Origin: Eledone cirrhosa
Taxonomy: Eukaryota
DNA: 64,000 nt
NCBI GenBank assembly: GCA_964016885.1
Contig: OZ024747.1
Location: 64,356,001-64,420,000, forward strand
Reading direction: 5' to 3'
The notes under the pieces were generated by a model. The model was given only the letters and a program-made list of their open reading frames with translations. It was not told the origin of the DNA and ran no database searches. Made by a program: the position numbers and the translations under genes. This document shows positions 57,584 through 64,000 of this stretch, one piece after another. Position 1 is the first letter of the stretch, and every line of letters begins with the position of its first letter.

Positions 57584-57670
57584 TATATTGTATTGTTTAT
57601 TATGCATTACATATATATATATACATATATATACATATACATATATATATATACAAATATATATATACAT

Positions 57671-57718
<48 letters not shown>

Positions 57719-57858
57719 ATATACATATACATATATATATATACATATACATATATACATATACATATATATATACATATACATATATATATATACATAT
57801 ACATATACATATATATATATACATATATATATATACATATACATATATACATATACAC

Positions 57859-57891
<33 letters not shown>

Positions 57892-57972
57892 CATATACAT
57901 ATATATACATATATATATATATACATATATATATATACATATATATATATACATATATATATATACATATAC

Positions 57973-58015
<43 letters not shown>

Positions 58016-58056
58016 TATATACATATACATATATATATATATATATATCTATATAC

Positions 58057-58087
<31 letters not shown>

Positions 58088-58104
58088 CATATCCATGCAT
58101 ATAC

Positions 58105-58146
<42 letters not shown>

Positions 58147-58188
58147 TATTATAATATATATATAATATATATATATATATATTATTAT

Positions 58189-58232
<44 letters not shown>

Positions 58233-58310
58233 ATGACTAGAACTCTACCAATGTAATGATTACTTTTTTTATGTGTGGTTAACCCCGACACGACTGGGCA
58301 ATCTACATAT

Positions 58311-58348
<38 letters not shown>

Positions 58349-58839
58349 CAACACCCACATACTGTTTTAAGAACATTATCAAACACAATTTATAACGTTA
58401 TTAAAATAGCAAATGAAACTATGAAATTTTATGAAGCTAGAGATATTTATATTGATTCACGTGTTTTTTGTTGTTGTTTCTTCCTGTGCTGGTAACAAAT
58501 TATTTTTGTGGTAGCTTTGAAATATTAGATCAAACAAGTTTCAAGACCCCGTTGGCTGGAAAATAATTAGAGGTTATATGAGGTTAACAAACACATCTTT
58601 CATTGGCCAAAGAGGTTAATAATGCGAATGACATTGAATAGATTGTTTCAATACGTTTCCTTTTCTAGAGAATGTACATTCTAGAGAATTAGTCAATACT
58701 GCTTGGTTTCAAAATAGCAAATGCGGTTGTTTGATCCGCTAGAAATAATTATGGAGTTTTTTTTATAACATGTACACGTGGCCCATGATTTGGGGGAAAG
58801 TGAAATACAGTTTTATCGACACCAATATTTGACTGTTAG

Positions 58840-59260
58840 ATAATTGTTTCTACTTTAGGCACAAGGCCAGCAATTACCAGTTCATTACTGGTACTTTATT
58901 TTATCGACCCCGTAAGGAATGCGTGAAACTAAATCGAGTGATCGGCATCATTTAGTTGAAATGAGATTTTGACAATCTATGATGGTCCCGATAGAGTCAT
59001 GGCGGCGCTGTATTGGCATATGGTGTTTCTTGTGCAATTTAAGCCTGGCGGAGCCCATCCTACTCCACGCCTGATTACAGCATATTTCTTCGAGAGAGAG
59101 GAAAAATCGACCCCAGTACTAGGCTGGTACTTTTTGTCATCGACCTCTAAAGGATGAAACCCAAATTGCACCTCTGCGGGATTTGAACTCAGAGAGCCGG
59201 AACGAATACCGTAAACCAGTATATCCGACGTTTTAACGACTCTGCCAATTCGCTGGCTCT
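58840..59260 (-). mobile_element. Two Nin/Deu-type SINE pieces (58840-58918 and about 59095-59260)
   Basis: CTGGTACTTTATTTTATCGACCCCGTAAGGA; GGATGAAACCCAAATTGCACCTCTGCGGGATTTGAACTCAG. Confidence 0.75.
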
Positions 59261-59469
59261 TTTGGCAAACAAGACATATACAAAATTGACAACTACAATA
59301 CATTCTCATTAGATATTACCTATTCTGCTTCGTTAGCGAGTATTATTAATTAGGTTAAATATAATCCCGTCCTATTTAGGTAATTGGATTGGAAGTATCT
59401 TCTACTAGCTTCATATGTATGACTATTTCGGAGATGAGATTGTAATATGTAATTTCATCGGCAAATATA

Positions 59470-59915
59470 TAAATTAATTTTCTTATAACTTTGTAGGTAA
59501 ATCATTGATGAACAACGAGAACAGCACAGCGGCCGTTCTCTAGAGCATTTAATCATCGATGTCATAAATGTCAGAAGAATGAGTGTTAATGACGAATCAC
59601 AGACACGTAATATGCAAGAAAGTTTTATTGATAGAAACGATTTCATTTTATCTACAATAGATGGTAGATGCGTGAAACAATCCTTATCATCTGTGCCATG
59701 ATACATTGTCAACATATTTGGAGATATCTAAGACAATAACATGAGCAACAGAGCAGCTATCCAATGTAATATACCTCATATAAGAATGACATGTATGTTA
59801 GGAGTAGACTTGGAAAATATATAAACTATGTCTGTCGATAAGGTGGTTCGCTATAATGTTATGGTTATTGAGACCCCTGTTAATGACAATTGGTACAGCT
59901 TACGTTTGATGTTTA
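59470..59915 (-). pseudogene. Degenerate LINE (L2/CR1-group) reverse transcriptase fragment
   Basis: Manual translation: AHVIVLDISKYVDNVSWH (LDxSKAFD motif), MKSFLS, AVLFSLFINDL. Confidence 0.65.
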
Positions 59916-60727
59916 ACACACTGATTAGACTATAATGAAATGGGAAACAATTCTCACCCAAATCTTTGTGAATTGGTCAAACCATAGATACCTACCACGT
60001 ACTAGAGTATAATCTCTCCATGAACTATCATGTATCTCTCCGTAAGCTAGGGGAACTATACCCTGTGAGCTAAGGATGTATCTCTCCATGAGGTACGGAG
60101 ATGTCTCTCTATGATGTAGGGCGCTATCACTACAGAATTTAGGGAAATAATTCTTGCTATGATCTAAGTAAACATATCTCTCGGAGAACTGGTTAAACAA
60201 ATTTCCAAAATTTAGCGAAACATCTCTCGATAACTAGATGGGAAATATACGAAACAATGACCGGGAAATCGGTGGCAGAATCAAAGATGATTATCGAATG
60301 TTCAGCATAATAGCAGGGTTTTGATCTGGGTAAATTGATTTTGATATATCATGGTAACTCAGTAACACTCATATAACGAATAAAATATAAGTATGCACGG
60401 ATGTGAGAAAAAGAGAGATAGAGATATAGAGAGCAGGATAGAGTTTGCGTATAGCAGTAATGAATTTTTATATTTAGACTTAGATATTATCGTTGCTTAA
60501 CTTCTATAACTAATTCTTAGATGCAACGAAGAAAAACAATATTCGAATGCAAATAGCAAACAAATACTAATATATAGACACATATATAATGAATAATAGT
60601 GAAAGCAAGAACATATATATATATATATCTGTGTGTGAGTGTATGCATATATACATGCATATATATGTATATACATATATATATATGCATATATATATGT
60701 ATATACATATATATGTATATATATATG

Positions 60728-60863
<136 letters not shown>

Positions 60864-61089
60864 TTTATATGTGAATATATATATGTATATACATATATAT
60901 ATGCATATTTGTTAATATATATATGTATATATATATATGCATATATACATGTATATACATATATTTATACATCTATATATATATGTATATATATATATGC
61001 ATGTATATATGCATATATATATGTATATACATATATATATACATATATATATATATGCATTTATATATGCATATAGAATATGTATATAC

Positions 61090-61121
<32 letters not shown>

Positions 61122-61271
61122 GTATATATATATGCATATATATATGCATATATATATGTATATATATGTATATACATATATATATATATACATATATGTA
61201 TATATGCATATATATATGGTTATACATATATATACATATATATACATATATGCATATATATATGTATATAC

Positions 61272-61303
<32 letters not shown>

Positions 61304-61463
61304 GCATATATATATATATGTATATATATATGAATTTATATATGCATATATATATGTATATATATATATGAATATATATATATATATACATTAATATGTA
61401 TGTATATATATATATGTATATGTGCATGTATATGTATGTATATATATGTATTATATATAGGTA

Positions 61464-61497
<34 letters not shown>

Positions 61498-61889
61498 CGT
61501 ATACATATATATACATATACATAAACATACACACGTGTATATATATATAAGTATATATGCATATATATATATAGCAGAAAGAATAAATTAACAGAACAAC
61601 TTTGCCAAACATACCAATTTAAAATTGAGAGAAAAATAAAGGTGTTAACAGTTATCGCATCACTCAGAAACTAAAAACTCACTTATGCGAACAGTTAACA
61701 TTTCAACCATTATTTTATCCATTTTTAACGTTTGTGACACCTGCCAACAAACATATTTCGTATTTACCATATTTTTACACTTGCTTGTTAATAACAATAT
61801 TTCTTACGTTATTAGAAAATATTAAGACATAAATATACATTTGCATATTAGCTGAAAGTAGGTATGTATCTCTCTCTCTAAATATACAT

Positions 61890-61945
<56 letters not shown>

Positions 61946-61946
61946 C

Positions 61947-61981
<35 letters not shown>

Positions 61982-62132
61982 ATATTTATATAAGTGCGAG
62001 TGTGTGTGTATATATGTATTTATGATTATTTTGACGGTGTATATGTGAATGTATGGGTGCTTGTAATTGCACACACCACACACATACAATCATTTATATA
62101 TATATATATGCATATATATATTTAATTTATAT

Positions 62133-62228
<96 letters not shown>

Positions 62229-62436
62229 TATGTGTGTGTGCGTGTGTGTGCACGTATATTTATATAAATGCATGTGTGTATATATATGTAATTATTTATA
62301 CCTGCATCTATGATTATTTTTTGTGTGTATATCAGTCTATTTATGTGCTTGAAACTGAACACTCCTCACACATACAATCTTATATATAGATATATTTTGA
62401 TTAATTTATATATATAATTCATGATTATATATATAT

Positions 62437-62518
<82 letters not shown>

Positions 62519-62557
62519 AATTATATATATATATATATATAATATAAATTATATAAT

Positions 62558-62595
<38 letters not shown>

Positions 62596-63277
62596 CTTTA
62601 TATTATATGTATATGTATAAATAAGAATTTGGCAGTGAACTGCCACGTAAGTTATCAATCACCCTTGAATGAAAAACTAAGAAGGAAACTGAAAAAGATG
62701 CACAAATATCCGATAATGTAACAAGATAGAAGAAATTAAGTGGTCCATTGCCAGATCTTTGGCAAATAGAAAATTTACAAAAATACTATGGAACTATTTA
62801 GCAAATATAAATTTGCCAATGTTTGCTTGAAGCTGTTCCAGCCAAACTAGTTACATTTATTTAAAATTATTTTGTTGGAAGAGAAATTCAACAAATATGA
62901 TATCTACGTGATTCAGTTATTAGACTGCTGCCATGATGCATCACTACTATCAATTGATTTAATAGATGATATTGGCCACAGTAATTATTATTTAAAATAT
63001 GGTACTAACTAATCTTATCAGTAATTTTTTGTTGGTCTATTACGTTATGGAACTGAAATATGAACTTAAATTCTATTTCACACAGACAGACACTCACGCA
63101 TTCAGAACACACACACATATAATTTATGTAAGGAATCTGAAAAATATTTCTTCAACAACTAGTACGGATTGCGCGTGAACTTAAAATGATAGATTATTTT
63201 TTATGAAACGATATATATGGTTAGAGATAAAAGAAAAACGTTGGTATTTCTATGCAGCTTATCAATAAAACGGAATT

Positions 63278-63835
63278 ATGATATTTGCTGATGAGGAAAT
63301 CAAATACGGATTGAGGATTAGAGATATAAGCATTCATGCAGATGCTCACCTTCTGCGGAATATCTTCAATATGTTTAAAAAGATAAAGTTTCATAGAACT
63401 TTTATGTGGTCGATATCTCTCTATGGTTACAATATGATGCAAAACGTGGAAGCCTTTGAAATGTGGGACAGTCGCCAGATAATGAATATCTCTTGGCCTG
63501 AGAAAATGAGTAACACTGGAGTACTGGACAAAGTGGAAGGCCAGGTACTACTTCGAGAGATTATGAGACGACAATTGCCATATATTAGAAAGATATTGCG
63601 CTGATCAGCTTGGATGAATTGAAATGACATGCCACATCTGAATTTATTCAGACAAGGACTGAGTCAAGCTACAAACGAATTGTTGGATTTTGTTCGCGAA
63701 AATGGCCAGCAATAAAGTTATTCAGCTGGAAGAAGATATGGTTAGAAATGGGGAAAGATGGATTGGGAGGAATAGTTCATCGTATATCTGTTGACCGTCA
63801 GAAATAATGAGGCATGATGCTGATGTGGATGATAC
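63278..63835 (+). pseudogene. RTE-type LINE 3' fragment
   Basis: WSISLYG...VEAFEMWDSRQIMNISWPEKMSNTGVL..LLREIMRRQLPY is typical of the RTE post-RT region; (TGA)-like tail near 63815. Confidence 0.8.
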
Positions 63836-64000
63836 GACGTGCTTTGAAGTTGTTCTCAAAATTCATTGGCCCTCTCGTGGCTATATTAAAGACACTTTCC
63901 AAAGATGACAAGCAGTGAGACTGAACAGAATCTCATGCGGCTGCGAAGATAATTGTTTATACATACAGTACACGTCATTGGTGTGGACTACAAAACTGAT

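Larger units (their letters stand above)
53788..57609. mobile_element. Penelope-like retroelement remnant 2 in inverted configuration; arms about 53864-55652 and 55681-57609, 28-bp spacer
   Basis: About 1.8-1.9-kb reverse-complement arms with scattered substitutions and a 140-bp indel (about 57065-57206); GIY-YIG C-terminus, long TG-rich 3' UTR and hammerhead; (TA)n on both sides. Confidence 0.9.

Overview
AT-rich eukaryotic intergenic or intronic DNA, very probably from an octopus or other coleoid cephalopod (inferred from the tRNA-derived SINE families and extreme (TA)n/(CA)n density). No intact host gene is supported; almost all listed ORFs are YIYI/CVCV translations of microsatellites. 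Recognisable content: an internally deleted Helitron with both termini (31778-35712) and a small non-autonomous Helitron, many SINEs, LINE relics (CR1/L2-type, RTE), a mariner relic and a hAT-type MITE. There are also two large fold-back (inverted-repeat) Penelope-like retroelement (PLE) remnants encoding C-terminal GIY-YIG endonucleases. The main hidden pattern is that many short unique 'islands' between (TA)n tracts share one architecture: (TA)n - inverted partial copy - fold point - sense copy - minimal type I hammerhead ribozyme - short tail - (TA)n. I count about ten hammerhead motifs with seven unrelated sequences, including a U3-A8 covariant core. In some miniature copies the fold point lies inside the ribozyme's own stem II hairpin, which suggests snap-back priming on the ribozyme structure. 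All structures were read by eye and none were computationally validated.
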